A stretch of 64,000 nt of DNA from Calditrichaceae bacterium. Lineage in GTDB: Bacteria; Calditrichota; Calditrichia; Calditrichales; JBFXGD01. The number at the start of each line of letters is the position of its first letter. The first letter of the stretch is position 1. Positions 10,814 through 22,726 of this stretch are shown in pieces. The translations under genes were made by a program, and so were the position numbers. Where the stretch lies: the NCBI GenBank assembly GCA_050173015.1, contig JBFXLE010000018.1:27294-91293 (forward strand). Direction: 5' to 3'. Below the pieces are notes generated by a model that was given only the letters and a program-made list of their open reading frames with translations, did no database searches and was not told the origin of the DNA.

Positions 10814-11593
10814 TTAAATATTTTTTGCTTTCCTGTTTCTATAATATATTTCTGCGATGCCCTCTAGACTTAAATAAGGATCCACAATATCGATCGAATT
10901 GGTTCTTTTGCTTATCACCGTGGAAAGACCTCCTGTGGCGATAACTTTTGTATCTCTTCCCAACTCTTCTTTAAGTTGTCTGGTCAATCCTTCAATGATA
11001 TGCACCGTGCCATATAAAATTCCAATTTGGATGCTCTCTTCTGTCGTACTGCCTATCACTTTTTCCGGAAACTGAAGTTCAACCCGCGGCAGTTTTGCGG
11101 CCCGAAGATGCAGAGCATTTATTGATGTTTCAATGCCGGGTGAGATAACACCGCCTACATAATCACCATTGGAATCAATACAGTCAAATGTCGTCGCGGT
11201 GCCAAAATCGATTATGATTAAGGGTTTTCCGTACTTATGAATCCCCGCCACAGCATTGCTCAGCCGGTCGGCGCCGACAGTACTCGGATCACGGTATCTA
11301 ACTTTTATTCCCAAATCAAGTGTCGCGTCAATAATGAGCGGTTTAGTCTTGAGATATCTGTGACTCATTTCCGCATATATTGAAGTCAGATCGGGCACGA
11401 CAGATGAAATGCAAACCCCTTCAACTTCATCTGTTTTGTAGCCTTTCTGATTAAAAAAGAAACTTAACAGGCCGCCGATTTCATCCTCAGTGCGCATTAA
11501 ATTTGAAGTAATCCGCCAATGGTAAACCAATGTTTTTTCGTGGAGGAGCCCAACAACGGTATGGGTATTTCCGATATCAATGACTAAGATCAT
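10814..11593 (-). CDS. coaX: Type III pantothenate kinase
   Basis: IDIGNT, SSVVP, VGADR, IDFGTATTFD, ATGG motifs. Confidence 0.96.
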   Translation of the reverse strand: MILVIDIGNTHTVVGLLHEKTLVYHWRITSNLMRTEDEIGGLLSFFFNQKGYKTDEVEGVCISSVVPDLTSIYAEMSHRYLKTKPLIIDATLDLGIKVRYRDPSTVGADRLSNAVAGIHKYGKPLIIIDFGTATTFDCIDSNGDYVGGVISPGIETSINALHLRAAKLPRVELQFPEKVIGSTTEESIQIGILYGTVHIIEGLTRQLKEELGRDTKVIATGGLSTVISKRTNSIDIVDPYLSLEGIAEIYYRNRKAKNI

Positions 11594-12390
11594 GCCTTAA
11601 GAATTTCTCCGCTGTGAAGAGTTTTATATTTCCCGTTTTTCAATCTGTAGATTAATAGCCCGTTCTCATCAATGTCATGAAAGACACTTTCAGTTGTCCC
11701 ATCAAGTGTTTTAATTTTTATTGTATGACCAAATTGTTTGCAATGTCTTTTCCATTCAGATACTACATGATTATAATTGGTTCGCTCCAACTCGAGATAT
11801 CTTTTTTCAAATAAATTTAAAAAATGACTGATAAAATCTTCAATTTGAATCGTTTTTTTTGTGTTTTCTATGAGCGAAGTGGCCATATTTCTTATCTCAA
11901 CCGGCATTTTTTCAAGCGTTGAGTTGATATTCAATCCAAAACCGATGACGAGCGTTTCCACCTTCTTGTCCCGTAAAACAGATTCAGCCAATATTCCTGC
12001 TAATTTTTTACCCTGTACCAGCAGATCATTCGGCCATTTAACCTCTATATCCGGAACCGATATTTTATGTGATTTTAGGTATGATTGAATTGCTTCAATA
12101 AGAATGACAGCCGAGGCAAGAGTAATTTTCTGCACAGAATCAATCAGCATTTCCGGTCTGACAACTATACTCAGAAGCATATTTTCTCCCGGATTTGCAA
12201 ACCACTGCCTATCGAACCTTCCCTTTCCACCCGTCTGGTACCCTGTGCAAACAACCGTCCCGTCGGGAGCCCCCTCCTTCGCTAATTTTAACGCGTATCT
12301 GTTGGTTGATTCTGTTTTATCCAGGAAAACAAAATTCTCACCGACAATTCCTGTAGTGAGATTCTTTTTTATACGGTCCGCGTCAAGCAT
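11590..12390 (-). CDS. birA: Biotin--[acetyl-CoA-carboxylase] ligase without N-terminal HTH
   Basis: ESTN, QTGGKGRFDRQW, KWPND, KKLAGIL motifs. Confidence 0.94.
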   Translation of the reverse strand: MLDADRIKKNLTTGIVGENFVFLDKTESTNRYALKLAKEGAPDGTVVCTGYQTGGKGRFDRQWFANPGENMLLSIVVRPEMLIDSVQKITLASAVILIEAIQSYLKSHKISVPDIEVKWPNDLLVQGKKLAGILAESVLRDKKVETLVIGFGLNINSTLEKMPVEIRNMATSLIENTKKTIQIEDFISHFLNLFEKRYLELERTNYNHVVSEWKRHCKQFGHTIKIKTLDGTTESVFHDIDENGLLIYRLKNGKYKTLHSGEILKA

Positions 12391-12729
12391 GATTTCTCCG
12401 AATCAATCCTTCCCGGATTGGCTCTGATTTCATTATTAAATTTAATATAAATATCATAAATAACAATAGCTAAATTTATAAACGAATTAAATTTAGATCA
12501 ATTAATTTATAAATTCCGGCGACTATAAATTTTTCATGTTCTTTAATATCGGACTGCTGAATCGGGCTTAGTGAAAAAGAGAATAACCTCGATTGAACCG
12601 ACCGGGAAATCTTATGTGTGAAATATCAAACTTGTCATCGACACTTTCCAATAAAAAGGTACATATAACTTCGCTTATTTCCATAACTCCGCGGAAATGA
12701 TTTATCTATGAAAGTTTATAATGATCATC

Positions 12730-13716
12730 TTATACTGTTTTTTTACCGCGCAGTGATGGTACAGGCCAAAGAAACCGCCCAGTTTTTAGATAACTCTCAA
12801 TTTGCCGAATACTTTGTTCGGCTTTTCTTTCTACCGATTCTCTCGTATTAAAAGCATTATGCGGCGTTAAAATTACATTCTCAAAATTTGCCAGATCAAG
12901 GATAGCCTCAACTTCTGGATTATCACTTTTTTTCTTGTTCCTTAGTGCAAATGCCAAAGCGCTCTCATGATTGTACACATCAAGAGCGACTCCTCCCAGG
13001 TGATTTTCTCTTATGAGCCGGATGATATCACCGCCGGGAGATAATTCTCCTCTTGCCACATTCACAAATATAACACCCGGTTTTGATTTTTTCATCAATG
13101 AATAATTAAAATAAGCCCTGTTTTGCTCTGTCAAATTCATGGCGCTTACGATTATGTCTGCTTTATCGATGCCGTCCAGGATTTCTATGTACGACACATC
13201 ATCATGTTTTTTTACAATATCCACGCCCAATACATTCATACCCAGTCCCCGGCCAATGCGCACCACTTCATAACCGATATTTCCCACACCAACGACCAGC
13301 AGTGTTTTATTCTCACATTCATAACCGGTCAGGCCGTCACGATGAAAACTCTTAAACTGCCTCATTTGAAGCGGTAATTTCCGCAGGAGGGACATCCACA
13401 GGAGCATGGCCTGCTCTGCAACAGCCCTGTTGCAATAAAGCGGCAGATACCCGCAATCGATAGTGGATCGCGATTTAACTTTATAATCTGTTAAGTGATC
13501 GTAACCTGTACTTCTGGAGAGTATCGCTTTCAGTGATGACGCCCAGGAAATCGGTATCACCGATTGCGTGCGAATGCTTATTATCGGTGCCGCGGGCAGG
13601 CTTTGACCGTATTCCTGAATGGTTTTCCACGTAAAACCGGCCTTGATATCCGGATTCAGATATTGTTTTATCGCTTCGGCTTCTTCTTCAAACGCTTCGT
13701 AAAAAATAACATCCAC
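12730..13716 (-). CDS. D-isomer-specific 2-hydroxyacid dehydrogenase
   Basis: SRSTGYDH, VGVGNIG, VNVARG, LDVY..E, TPHNAFNT. Confidence 0.9.
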   Translation of the reverse strand: MDVIFYEAFEEEAEAIKQYLNPDIKAGFTWKTIQEYGQSLPAAPIISIRTQSVIPISWASSLKAILSRSTGYDHLTDYKVKSRSTIDCGYLPLYCNRAVAEQAMLLWMSLLRKLPLQMRQFKSFHRDGLTGYECENKTLLVVGVGNIGYEVVRIGRGLGMNVLGVDIVKKHDDVSYIEILDGIDKADIIVSAMNLTEQNRAYFNYSLMKKSKPGVIFVNVARGELSPGGDIIRLIRENHLGGVALDVYNHESALAFALRNKKKSDNPEVEAILDLANFENVILTPHNAFNTRESVERKAEQSIRQIESYLKTGRFLWPVPSLRGKKTV

Positions 13717-14026
13717 TTCATTTCCCCGCAGTTCGGTCGATTCCGTCTGTTGATTACAAATATAATTTTAATCAGTAAAATATAATGGATTCAAACATTC
13801 TTCAATGAAAATCGCTTATAACCTTTAATCCTACGATTTTGTCATGAATTAAACGTAAATTTTGATCATCAGATTTATCTGAATTGTGAGTGATCTGATT
13901 GGATGATTACTATTCTCAAATTTGTAGATCAAATATCATACGCGTAAAAACTATTTGATTCTCAAAATTAGTACAAAAAAGTAAACTCTTACAAGTTCTT
14001 AAAACATTTTTTTGACATTTACCGGG

Positions 14027-14323
14027 TTAAATAGTTTTAATTAGGTCAAGAAATCGTTTATAGGGAATGGCGGTCAGACTCTCCGCTTTCACCGCCCCTT
14101 TGCTCATTGTAATCATTGAGACTTTAGCGGCAATCTCTTCATTGGGAGCTTCATAAATATCCATAAAATCATACGGACCGAGCAAGGCGTAATGATCGAT
14201 CCATTTCACTTCAGGACATTTCTCGTTAACGGTGTGAATCCAGTCACGACCAATAGATTCGCGGCTTTTTGAATCCCCAAGAACCTGGGGCGCAAGTTTT
14301 GTCAACAAAACATAAGTAGGCAT
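14027..14323 (-). CDS. GYD domain protein
   Basis: MPTYVLLTKL start, LGPYDF motif, 98 aa, RBS AGGAGG. Confidence 0.8.
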   Translation of the reverse strand: MPTYVLLTKLAPQVLGDSKSRESIGRDWIHTVNEKCPEVKWIDHYALLGPYDFMDIYEAPNEEIAAKVSMITMSKGAVKAESLTAIPYKRFLDLIKTI

Positions 14324-14478
14324 AGCCCGCCTCCTTTTTGTTTAAGGATACCCGGCTAAGACCTCCCTGTTCAATCATTCTTCCATGCTTCAATGAAATG
14401 CCGATTTTATATCTATATCATGAAACTAATCTGTTTAATCTCACAAGGCAAAATAAAAATTAATTAGCTTCATGCCGC

Positions 14479-15624
14479 TCAGCGGGAATACTTTTTAAGA
14501 GAGTTTTCGAATAATTTGAGCAGATAATCCGCCGCCGCGGCCGGTGGAATATTTCCCTCCATTACATCCTCTTCCATTTTTCTCATCACTTTTTCGACTT
14601 CAGGATCATGAAGGAAGAGATTCTTGAGCTGTTCCTGCACCAAAGAGTTCATCCAGTCCCTTGCCTGCAGACGGCGCCGTTTTCCAAAAACGCCGGAAGC
14701 CTTTGTGACTTTTCTAAATTCTTCAATCATATCCCAGATTTCAGCGATTCCTCCACCAGTCAACGCCGAACATGTTTGAACTCTTGCTTCCCACCCCTCT
14801 GTTGCCGGTTCCTGATAATGCAGCGCCATGGCAAAATCCTGCTTCGCCGCCTCGGCCCGGGACTTATTGTCGCCGTCAGCCTTATTTATTAAGACGGCAT
14901 CCGCGATCTCCATGACTCCTTTTTTGATCCCCTGGAGCTCATCGCCTGCCCCCGCGATTTGCATCAACAGGAAAAAATCGACCATTGAGCGTACGGTGAT
15001 TTCACTTTGACCGATCCCAACGGTTTCAATGAGAAGGACATCATATCCGGCTGCTTCACAAACAAGCATCGTTTCACGTGTTTTTCCGGCCACGCCACCC
15101 AAAGTTCCTCCGGAGGGGGAAGGACGAATAAAACTATTCTGATTCTTTGACAGCTTTTCCATTCTGGTTTTATCCCCCAGAATACTGCCTTTTTTGATGC
15201 TGCTGCTTGGATCTATCGCCAAAACAGCTACCCGGAAACCTTTTTCAATCAGATATATTCCAAGTGATTCGATGAATGTGCTTTTCCCGGAACCGGGGAC
15301 ACCGGAAATGCCGATACGAATTGAATTTCCTGTATGGGGAAGTAAGTGTTTTAATACTTCTCTCGCCTGCTCTTTATGGGCTTGCGCGTTACTTTCAACC
15401 AGTGTAATCGCCCGGCCCAGGATCGTCCTGTCGCCATCAAGAACGCCTTTGACATACTCTTCAGTATTCAGGGATTTACGGGACTGAGTCCCATTCGTGG
15501 GTATTGAATCCGAATTTCGCGACATTCCGTCATGACCGCCTTCAACACCCCCGACCACGTTTGAAGCAAACGATTCATCGGGATCGGCCGGAGCCCATTC
15601 CGGTTTTTGCTTTTTTGGAGTCAT
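14479..15624 (-). CDS. meaB: Methylmalonyl-CoA mutase-associated GTPase MeaB
   Basis: GISGVPGSGKST, DPSS, GDKTRM, ETVGIGQSE, NKAD; adjacent to the mutase genes. Confidence 0.96.
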   Translation of the reverse strand: MTPKKQKPEWAPADPDESFASNVVGGVEGGHDGMSRNSDSIPTNGTQSRKSLNTEEYVKGVLDGDRTILGRAITLVESNAQAHKEQAREVLKHLLPHTGNSIRIGISGVPGSGKSTFIESLGIYLIEKGFRVAVLAIDPSSSIKKGSILGDKTRMEKLSKNQNSFIRPSPSGGTLGGVAGKTRETMLVCEAAGYDVLLIETVGIGQSEITVRSMVDFFLLMQIAGAGDELQGIKKGVMEIADAVLINKADGDNKSRAEAAKQDFAMALHYQEPATEGWEARVQTCSALTGGGIAEIWDMIEEFRKVTKASGVFGKRRRLQARDWMNSLVQEQLKNLFLHDPEVEKVMRKMEEDVMEGNIPPAAAADYLLKLFENSLKKYSR

Positions 15625-15757
15625 TGGCTTTCGCCTTCTATCTCGTTGTAAGATGAAATTATACTTTGATTAATGTAAGATCACTAAAAAAATCCAACAA
15701 ATCAATCTTTACGAACCGGAATTTTGATTGAAATGCGCTATTTAACGATATATAAGC

Positions 15758-15784
15758 AAAAAGGCGAACTATAGTCCGCCTTTT
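15758..15784. terminator. Intrinsic terminator after the mutase large-subunit gene
   Basis: AAAAGGCG-loop-CGCCTTTT hairpin. Confidence 0.6.
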
Positions 15785-15813
15785 ATGAAACCTACATCAT
15801 ATATATGAGAATT

Positions 15814-17991
15814 TTACCGGATTCTCCTGAATAATTCATCCAGGACTTTTTGCGCGGCAACCGGAACGATCGTTCCGGGGCCGAAAATTGCCGAAGCTCC
15901 GTTTTCTCTCAGAAATTCATAATCCTGGGCAGGAATGACCCCACCCGCGACAACCATGATATCTTCCCGTCCAAGTTTTTTTAATTCAGCCATCAGCTGC
16001 GGTAAAAGGGTTTTATGCCCTCCGGCCAGAGAGCTCATCCCAATTACATGGACGTCATTTTCAATCGCCTGCCGGGCTGTTTCTTCAGGTGTCTGAAACA
16101 ACGGCCCGATATCCACATCAAAACCGAGATCGGCAAAGGCGGTGGCAATCACTTTCGCGCCCCGGTCATGACCGTCCTGTCCCATCTTTGCGATCAGTAT
16201 CCGTGGACGCCGGCCCTCAATTTTTTCAAACTCATCTGCTGATTCGCGTACTTTTTTCACATCATCCTCTTCTGAATATTCTTTACTGTAAACACCTGAA
16301 ATGGATCGGATTGTCGCTTTGTGCCGGCCGAAAGATTTTTCCATCGCGTCCGAAATTTCACCAAGTGTCGCTCTGGCGCGCGCGGCTTTAATAGAAAGCT
16401 CAAGCAGATTGCCATCACCTGATTCAGCGCATTTAGCAAGTGAATCAAGCGCTCGCATGGTCTCAGTTTCATCCCTTTCGGATTTCAGCTTCTGAAGTCT
16501 CTTAATTTGCGTTTTACGAACAGCTGTGTTGTCAATTTCGAGTATCTCTATCGGGTCTTCCTTTTCCAAACGATACTTATTAACACCGACAATAGTTTCT
16601 CTTCCGGAGTCGATATGCGCCTGTTTTCTCGCCGCGGCTTCCTCAATTCTCATCTTTGGAATACCCGTTTCAATCGCTTTGGCCATCCCGCCGAGAGATT
16701 CGATTTCATCGATATGATCAAGAGCTCTCTGCATCAACGCGTCTGTCAGCGCTTCAACATAATACGAACCTCCCCAGGGATCGATCACCCGGCAGATTCC
16801 TGTTTCTTCCTGTAGATATAACTGGGTATTTCTTGCTATCCTCGCAGAAAAATCGGTCGGTAAAGCGATTGCTTCATCCAGGGAATTGGTATGCAGGGAT
16901 TGTGTATGTCCCATCACGGCTGCCATGGCTTCAACGCAGGTACGTATCACATTATTGTACGGATCCTGCTCCGTGAGCGTCCATCCGGATGTTTGGGAAT
17001 GGGTTCGAAGGGCCATGGATTTCGGGTCCCTCGGATTAAATTGTTTAATTAATTTCGCCCAGATCAGCCGCGCGGCTCTCATTTTTGCGATTTCCATAAA
17101 ATAATTCATTCCCTGCGCCCAGAAGAATGACAAACGCGGAGCGAACGCATCCACATCGATTCCCGCCTTTATTCCCGTCTTAACATACTCAAGTCCGTCG
17201 GCGAGCGTGTAAGCCATTTCCAGATCCGCTGTAGCGCCGGCCTCCTGCATATGGTATCCCGAAATGCTGATACTGTTGAATTTCGGCATATTCTTCGAAG
17301 TAAAAGAAAAAATATCGGCAATGATCTTCATCGAATGTTCGGGAGGATAAATATAAGTATTCCGGACCATGTATTCCTTCAAAATGTCATTCTGGATCGT
17401 ACCGGAAAGCTGATCCATTTTTACACCCTGCTCTTCCGCCGTTACAATATAAAACGCCAGAATAGGAAGCACGGCGCCATTCATAGTCATGGATACCGAG
17501 ATCTTATCAAGGGGGATGCTGTCAAAAAGAATTTTCATATCAAGAATCGAATCAACGGCGACGCCTGCTTTCCCCACATCGCCCATCACTCTGGGATGAT
17601 CAGAATCATACCCGCGGTGTGTGGCGAGATCAAACGCGACAGACAATCCTCTTTGTCCCGCCGCTAAATTTCGCCGGTAAAAAGCATTACTTTCCTCAGC
17701 GGTGGAAAAACCGGCATATTGTCTCACAGTCCATGGACGCATCGCATACATTGTAGCATAAGGGCCTCTCAGAAATGGAGCGATGCCGGCAACATAATCC
17801 TTGTGTTCCAGCGCATTAATGTCATCATGGGAGTAAAGAGGTTTTACGGGAATTTGTTCGTTGGTCTGCCAGATAAGCTCATCGAGGCTTTTACCGGTTT
17901 CTTTTTCAATTTTCCCGCGCCATATTTTTTCATCTGTATCCGCGGCGTCAAACTTAAAATCTATTTTGGTAAAATCAGGCATCCGGCTCAT
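15814..17991 (-). CDS. scpA: Methylmalonyl-CoA mutase, catalytic (B12-binding) subunit
   Basis: [26 protein letters not shown] (DxHxxG cobalamin motif), SSLAGGH. Confidence 0.97.
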   Translation of the reverse strand: MSRMPDFTKIDFKFDAADTDEKIWRGKIEKETGKSLDELIWQTNEQIPVKPLYSHDDINALEHKDYVAGIAPFLRGPYATMYAMRPWTVRQYAGFSTAEESNAFYRRNLAAGQRGLSVAFDLATHRGYDSDHPRVMGDVGKAGVAVDSILDMKILFDSIPLDKISVSMTMNGAVLPILAFYIVTAEEQGVKMDQLSGTIQNDILKEYMVRNTYIYPPEHSMKIIADIFSFTSKNMPKFNSISISGYHMQEAGATADLEMAYTLADGLEYVKTGIKAGIDVDAFAPRLSFFWAQGMNYFMEIAKMRAARLIWAKLIKQFNPRDPKSMALRTHSQTSGWTLTEQDPYNNVIRTCVEAMAAVMGHTQSLHTNSLDEAIALPTDFSARIARNTQLYLQEETGICRVIDPWGGSYYVEALTDALMQRALDHIDEIESLGGMAKAIETGIPKMRIEEAAARKQAHIDSGRETIVGVNKYRLEKEDPIEILEIDNTAVRKTQIKRLQKLKSERDETETMRALDSLAKCAESGDGNLLELSIKAARARATLGEISDAMEKSFGRHKATIRSISGVYSKEYSEEDDVKKVRESADEFEKIEGRRPRILIAKMGQDGHDRGAKVIATAFADLGFDVDIGPLFQTPEETARQAIENDVHVIGMSSLAGGHKTLLPQLMAELKKLGREDIMVVAGGVIPAQDYEFLRENGASAIFGPGTIVPVAAQKVLDELFRRIR

Positions 17992-20156
17992 TCAATAACT
18001 CCTAATTTTTTCTGTAAGTCCAGCAATATCTCATAGACATTCGAACGAACATGGATGAAGACATCCACTCCGGCTTGCTCATATTGATCTATCTGATCTT
18101 TCGGGTAACCGGCAAGGACAACAATTTTCCCAGGAGCAGCTGTTTTTATTTTTTTCGTTAGCGGAGGTACAAATTCCGGATATTTTTCATCCGATGAACA
18201 AATTACAATTACACCGGCCCCTGACTCAAGAGCCATTTCCGCGGCTTCTCCTGATGTTTGATATCCCTGCCTGTTCATTATTCTAAATCCGCCGGTTTCA
18301 AAAAATCCCGCCGCGAAATCGGATCCGGCTTTGTACGAGGAGAGAGCGCCCATATTCGCGAGAAAAACTTTGGGAACCTTTCCTGTAATCTTTTTGTAGT
18401 TTTCCATATTCTTTCTGAGTTGTTCAAACATTTCAGCGCCGCGGAATGGTTCAACGGGAATGATTTCAGGAAGTTGATCGTCCCCTTCTCGCAAAGCTGA
18501 TCGGATCTCGCCAATGGTCGCGCTGGCAAGAACGGCATCGATCGCGGCATCCATGACTTTTTCAGAAGATGCTTTTTGTATTTCAACAAGTTTTTCAAGA
18601 GGGAGTATATGTTTTTCCACATCTCCGGTCGTTCTGTATCGGTTAAGATACTCCACTCTTTCATCATATATTATTTGAGCATCGGATATCTTATGTTCCA
18701 TATTCTTTTCATTTAGATCCGGATAGACATTTGTCCCAATAATTTTATCTTTCCGGACAGCGATATTTTGAAGACGCCTGTCCGCGATTTCTTTGACCTG
18801 ATCCTGCGGGAATCCTTTTTCCAGCGCGGACTGCATTCCTCCCAGCTGTTCTATTTCCTGAAAAAGCTTCCAGGATTTTTCGGCCATCTCTTTTGTAAGG
18901 TTTTCTATAAAATACGAACCGCCGGCCGGATCGATTATGCGATCCAGGTGACTTTCTTCCATTAGAATAATTTGCGTATTTCTGGCAATCCGGCGAGAAA
19001 AATCATCCGGCTCCCGGAGAAGTTCATCAAAAGCGCCCACATGCATGCTGTCAATTCCGCCGATGATCCCCGCAAACGCTTCCGTGGTGTTCCTCAATAT
19101 GTTCACATACGGATCATGACAAGTTTTATTCGAGGATGAAGTTTCCGCGTGGATATGCATTTTTCCGGAAAGATCATTCCCATCTAGAACTTGAATAATT
19201 CTGTTCCATACTATACGCGCTGCTCTTAGCTTGGCTATTTCCATGAAAAAATTTGAACCCTGCACAAAATTAAACCGTATCCGGGGCGCAATTTCATCTA
19301 TAGTAAAATTCTTCTCCAGCATCTGCCTGATATACTCAACGGCCGTTCCGACAGCAAAAGCCAGTTCCTGTACCGCGCTGCATCCCCCGTGGCGATACGG
19401 GGATGTATGGATTCCGATGGTCTGCAAATGAGGAGCGTTCTTGATTGCCCACGCGGTCAGACGCGCCATTTCATCATAAGACATTTTCATAGAAACCGGA
19501 AGAATTCCGTTTTTTGCGAGTTCTCCGAGCGGATCCGTTTGAATGGCTCCGGTAAGAATTTTTGTGGAGACGCCTTTTTTATGAAGAAGGGATGCAAGAA
19601 ATACCCCCATCATCATACCCGAAGAATAGGCTTCTATAAATATGGGAGTTGATTTAAAATCTACCCCATTCAGCGCTGTCTCAATATCTTCAAGAGTTGA
19701 AAGAGCAACGCCGTCCTGACCAACTTTCCCTGATTTGCCGTAATCGGAATCAAGACAGGAAACAGATATTTTGTCCGGAGTCAGATATACAGCCGTTTGC
19801 CCCAGTTTCAGATCCTTTATCAATGAGCGGTTGAAGCGCTCAGGCAATCCATACGGCAGACGTTGCGCAATTTCCCAGCCGTTCATCACAGAGCCATAGG
19901 ACTCAATTGCCCTGTCATATGGCGGGAAGCCGGGAAAATGGTCTTTCACGGTCATCCAGTCAACATCGTTCTTCAGATACAACGGTTTTAATCTGATATC
20001 TTCATAGGTATCTGTCAGCATGATTTTATCGAAAGGCGCGCCTTTAAGCAATTTATCAACCTCCAGGCGCCATTCATCATAGGTAGGTATCGGAAAATCT
20101 TCCGACAGAAATCCAATTCTTCGTTTTGATTTATTAACCTGTTCTTTTGCTCTCAT
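17988..20156 (-). CDS. mutA: Methylmalonyl-CoA mutase small (non-catalytic) subunit
   Basis: Mutase fold ([27 protein letters not shown]); C-terminal domain ICSSDEKY without DxHxxG; overlaps the large-subunit start. Confidence 0.9.
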   Translation of the reverse strand: MRAKEQVNKSKRRIGFLSEDFPIPTYDEWRLEVDKLLKGAPFDKIMLTDTYEDIRLKPLYLKNDVDWMTVKDHFPGFPPYDRAIESYGSVMNGWEIAQRLPYGLPERFNRSLIKDLKLGQTAVYLTPDKISVSCLDSDYGKSGKVGQDGVALSTLEDIETALNGVDFKSTPIFIEAYSSGMMMGVFLASLLHKKGVSTKILTGAIQTDPLGELAKNGILPVSMKMSYDEMARLTAWAIKNAPHLQTIGIHTSPYRHGGCSAVQELAFAVGTAVEYIRQMLEKNFTIDEIAPRIRFNFVQGSNFFMEIAKLRAARIVWNRIIQVLDGNDLSGKMHIHAETSSSNKTCHDPYVNILRNTTEAFAGIIGGIDSMHVGAFDELLREPDDFSRRIARNTQIILMEESHLDRIIDPAGGSYFIENLTKEMAEKSWKLFQEIEQLGGMQSALEKGFPQDQVKEIADRRLQNIAVRKDKIIGTNVYPDLNEKNMEHKISDAQIIYDERVEYLNRYRTTGDVEKHILPLEKLVEIQKASSEKVMDAAIDAVLASATIGEIRSALREGDDQLPEIIPVEPFRGAEMFEQLRKNMENYKKITGKVPKVFLANMGALSSYKAGSDFAAGFFETGGFRIMNRQGYQTSGEAAEMALESGAGVIVICSSDEKYPEFVPPLTKKIKTAAPGKIVVLAGYPKDQIDQYEQAGVDVFIHVRSNVYEILLDLQKKLGVIE

Positions 20157-20331
20157 GGAATTGCTCCGGTTTTATCTGTCCGCTTCCACTGAAACCCAAT
20201 TTAAGTCGAAATTTAGTCCTGAAACAAGAATTTAGGATATAGAAAATATGGGCGCAAAGATTTTTTTTAATATTTTGATATTTTTTTCACATGATTTTAG
20301 TGGTCTGCAATGACTCAAATTTAACTGGGAA

Positions 20332-20847
20332 TTATTTGAGGGATTTAATCTTAATGAGAACCTGACCTTGCTGAACTGTTGTATTTTCCTTGACGGCCAC
20401 CTCTGTCACCAGACAATTATAAGGCGCTTTGATTATATTTTCCATTTTCATCGCTTCCAGAACGAGCAGACCGTCTCCGTTCATAACTTCTTGTCCAGCC
20501 TTCACATTCACTTTGACGACAAGACCCGGAATCGGCGCTTTGATTACCTGACCGGCAGGGGCGCCCGCGGATTTTTCGACCAATTCTTTTACTTTGCGGA
20601 CCCGTTCATCTTCCACGTGAACATCAAATAAATCTCCGAGAACATGGACGTGATAGCTCTCTTCTTTTTTGATCAAATGAACAAGATATGATTTATTCTC
20701 CTTTATCAGAGAATAGCGGCCGTCACCAAGGGAGACCATATCATATGTAATTTCCGTCCCGTTTTTTATCACAATTTGATCATCATCCTTCAAAAATGAC
20801 TCAAATTCAAATTTATTTTTTTGGGTGTCGGCAAATATTTTCATCAT
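20332..20847 (-). CDS. Biotin carboxyl carrier protein of an acyl-CoA carboxylase
   Basis: APIPG and EAMKMEN biotinylation motif; ATG overlaps the accC stop. Confidence 0.93.
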   Translation of the reverse strand: MMKIFADTQKNKFEFESFLKDDDQIVIKNGTEITYDMVSLGDGRYSLIKENKSYLVHLIKKEESYHVHVLGDLFDVHVEDERVRKVKELVEKSAGAPAGQVIKAPIPGLVVKVNVKAGQEVMNGDGLLVLEAMKMENIIKAPYNCLVTEVAVKENTTVQQGQVLIKIKSLK

Positions 20848-22346
20848 TTCCCCAGATTTTTTTTTCTGTTTTTCATTTTCCATGAAGAAACACATTTTGC
20901 GGTATGATTATTTGATGTCATATTAATACGGCTTTTTTCGTACAGCTGATCCAAAACCGCGGCAAAACTGGCGATCTCAGCTCCGACACTGTCTTCAGAT
21001 AATAGTTTTTCTTTATTTTCCTCTATAAATTTTGTTGTAAACTTTCCCTTTTTGAATAAACGGTTCTCAAGAACTCGTATCAGAAATGGAATCGTCGTGT
21101 GAATACCAAGAATTTCATATTCTTTCAGCGCGCGCAGCATCCTGTTTATCGCATGTTCCCGGTTGCTTCCCCAGGCGATCAATTTTGATATCATGGGATC
21201 ATAATACAGCGATATCTCACTTCCCTGCGTAACCCCGCTGTCTTCCCTGATGCCCGGGCCATCGGCGGATTTTAAAAATATGATTTTCCCCGGGGAAGGT
21301 GAAAAATTATTGGCGGGATCTTCTGCGTAAAGCCGGCATTCTATCGCGTGGCCCCAGAACTTTTTAAGACTGGAGTTTACCGTCATTTTTTTACCGGCGG
21401 CAATTCGGATTTGCTGTTCAACAAGATCCAGACCGCTGACCATCTCAGTAACGGGATGTTCAACCTGTAAACGTGTATTCATTTCCAAAAAATAAAAACA
21501 CAAATGTTTATCTACCAGAAACTCTATCGTCCCCGCACTGACATAACCACATGATTTTGCTGCTTTTATCGCTGCTTCACCCATTTTTTCACGAAGCTCT
21601 TCAGTGAGAAGCGACGACGGTGATTCTTCGATCACTTTTTGATGACGACGCTGGATGGAACATTCCCGCTCACCGAGATGAACCACCTTTCCAAATGTAT
21701 CCGCCAGTATCTGAAATTCAATATGCCGCGGCTCTTCTACAAATTTTTCAATATAGACTGATTCATCGTTAAAGGCGGATTTTGCTTCCCTTGCAGCCCC
21801 TTCAATCGCTTCAATAATTTGAGAATCGTCCTCAACCAGCCGCATCCCCTTACCGCCACCGCCGGCCGCCGCTTTTATTAGAACGGGATAACCGATTTCT
21901 TTAGCTATGATTCTCGCCTTTTTTACATCGGTGATGGCATCTTCCGTTCCGGGAACGGTGGGCACTCCGTTGGCAATCATCAATTTTCGCGCTTCGGTCT
22001 TGTTCCCCATGAGACGGATCGCGGACGGTGGCGGTCCGATAAACACTAAACCGGCCTTTTCAACCGCTTCCGCGAATTCAGCGTTTTCTGATAAAAACCC
22101 ATATCCGGGGTGAATGGCTTCAGCGCCGCTTGCGATCGCTATTTCAATGATATTCCGCCATTTCAGATAACTTTCCTGGGAGGTTGTGCCTCCAAGAGCA
22201 TACGCCTCATCGGCATAATATGTAAAGGGGCTTTTTCGGTCAATATCGGAAAATACGGCAACAGAGGATATTCCCATCTCACGACACGTGCGCATAATTC
22301 TCAGGGCAATTTCACCGCGATTGGCAATCAGAATCTTTTTAAACAT
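20844..22346 (-). CDS. accC: Acetyl/propionyl-CoA carboxylase biotin carboxylase subunit
   Basis: KILIANRGEIA, HPGYGFLSEN, ERECSIQRRHQK, EMNTRLQVEHPVTE. Confidence 0.95.
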   Translation of the reverse strand: MFKKILIANRGEIALRIMRTCREMGISSVAVFSDIDRKSPFTYYADEAYALGGTTSQESYLKWRNIIEIAIASGAEAIHPGYGFLSENAEFAEAVEKAGLVFIGPPPSAIRLMGNKTEARKLMIANGVPTVPGTEDAITDVKKARIIAKEIGYPVLIKAAAGGGGKGMRLVEDDSQIIEAIEGAAREAKSAFNDESVYIEKFVEEPRHIEFQILADTFGKVVHLGERECSIQRRHQKVIEESPSSLLTEELREKMGEAAIKAAKSCGYVSAGTIEFLVDKHLCFYFLEMNTRLQVEHPVTEMVSGLDLVEQQIRIAAGKKMTVNSSLKKFWGHAIECRLYAEDPANNFSPSPGKIIFLKSADGPGIREDSGVTQGSEISLYYDPMISKLIAWGSNREHAINRMLRALKEYEILGIHTTIPFLIRVLENRLFKKGKFTTKFIEENKEKLLSEDSVGAEIASFAAVLDQLYEKSRINMTSNNHTAKCVSSWKMKNRKKNLGK

Positions 22347-22545
22347 AGATTTTCTCATTCTTTTCTGGAGGTTAATCATAAAATATATGTTTTTGGGATA
22401 TTAAAAGCAATCACTTTGCTGATCCCATGGATGATTCATTTCTCCCGATTCATCGGATATGGCTTTTCATATGATATGGCCGAACAGATAAATTAACAAT
22501 TATTTTATCATTTTAAGAATGGACTCTAACTTAAAAACGCGTAGT

Positions 22546-22691
22546 TTATCAATTTGAGAAGAACTAATGGCGGTACAGAACAAATTTTATCAATTTGATA
22601 ATTATTTGCACAATTTAAAGATATCAAAAATTTATATCTCTTTTAAATTCAACAACTTAGAGAATTTCACATCCTTGGCACACCCTTTGTA
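22546..22691 (+). promoter_or_regulatory. Sigma-54-type promoter with two candidate enhancer sites and an IHF-like site
   Basis: TTGGCACACCCTTTGTA at 22675-22691; TTATCAATTTGAGAA (22546-22560) and TTATCAATTTGATAA (22587-22601); TTCAACAACTTA near 22648. Confidence 0.7.
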
Positions 22692-22726
22692 ATCATATTT
22701 TCAGCCTTTAACAAATAGGAGGAAAC

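Noticed and set aside
13913-13973. Repeated TTCTCAAA motif resembling the 22.5-kb enhancer sites
   Set aside because: Short AT-rich match with no associated -24/-12 site found.
20157-20331. Cobalamin riboswitch upstream of the mutase
   Set aside because: The region is short and AT-rich, and I could not find the conserved B12-box elements.
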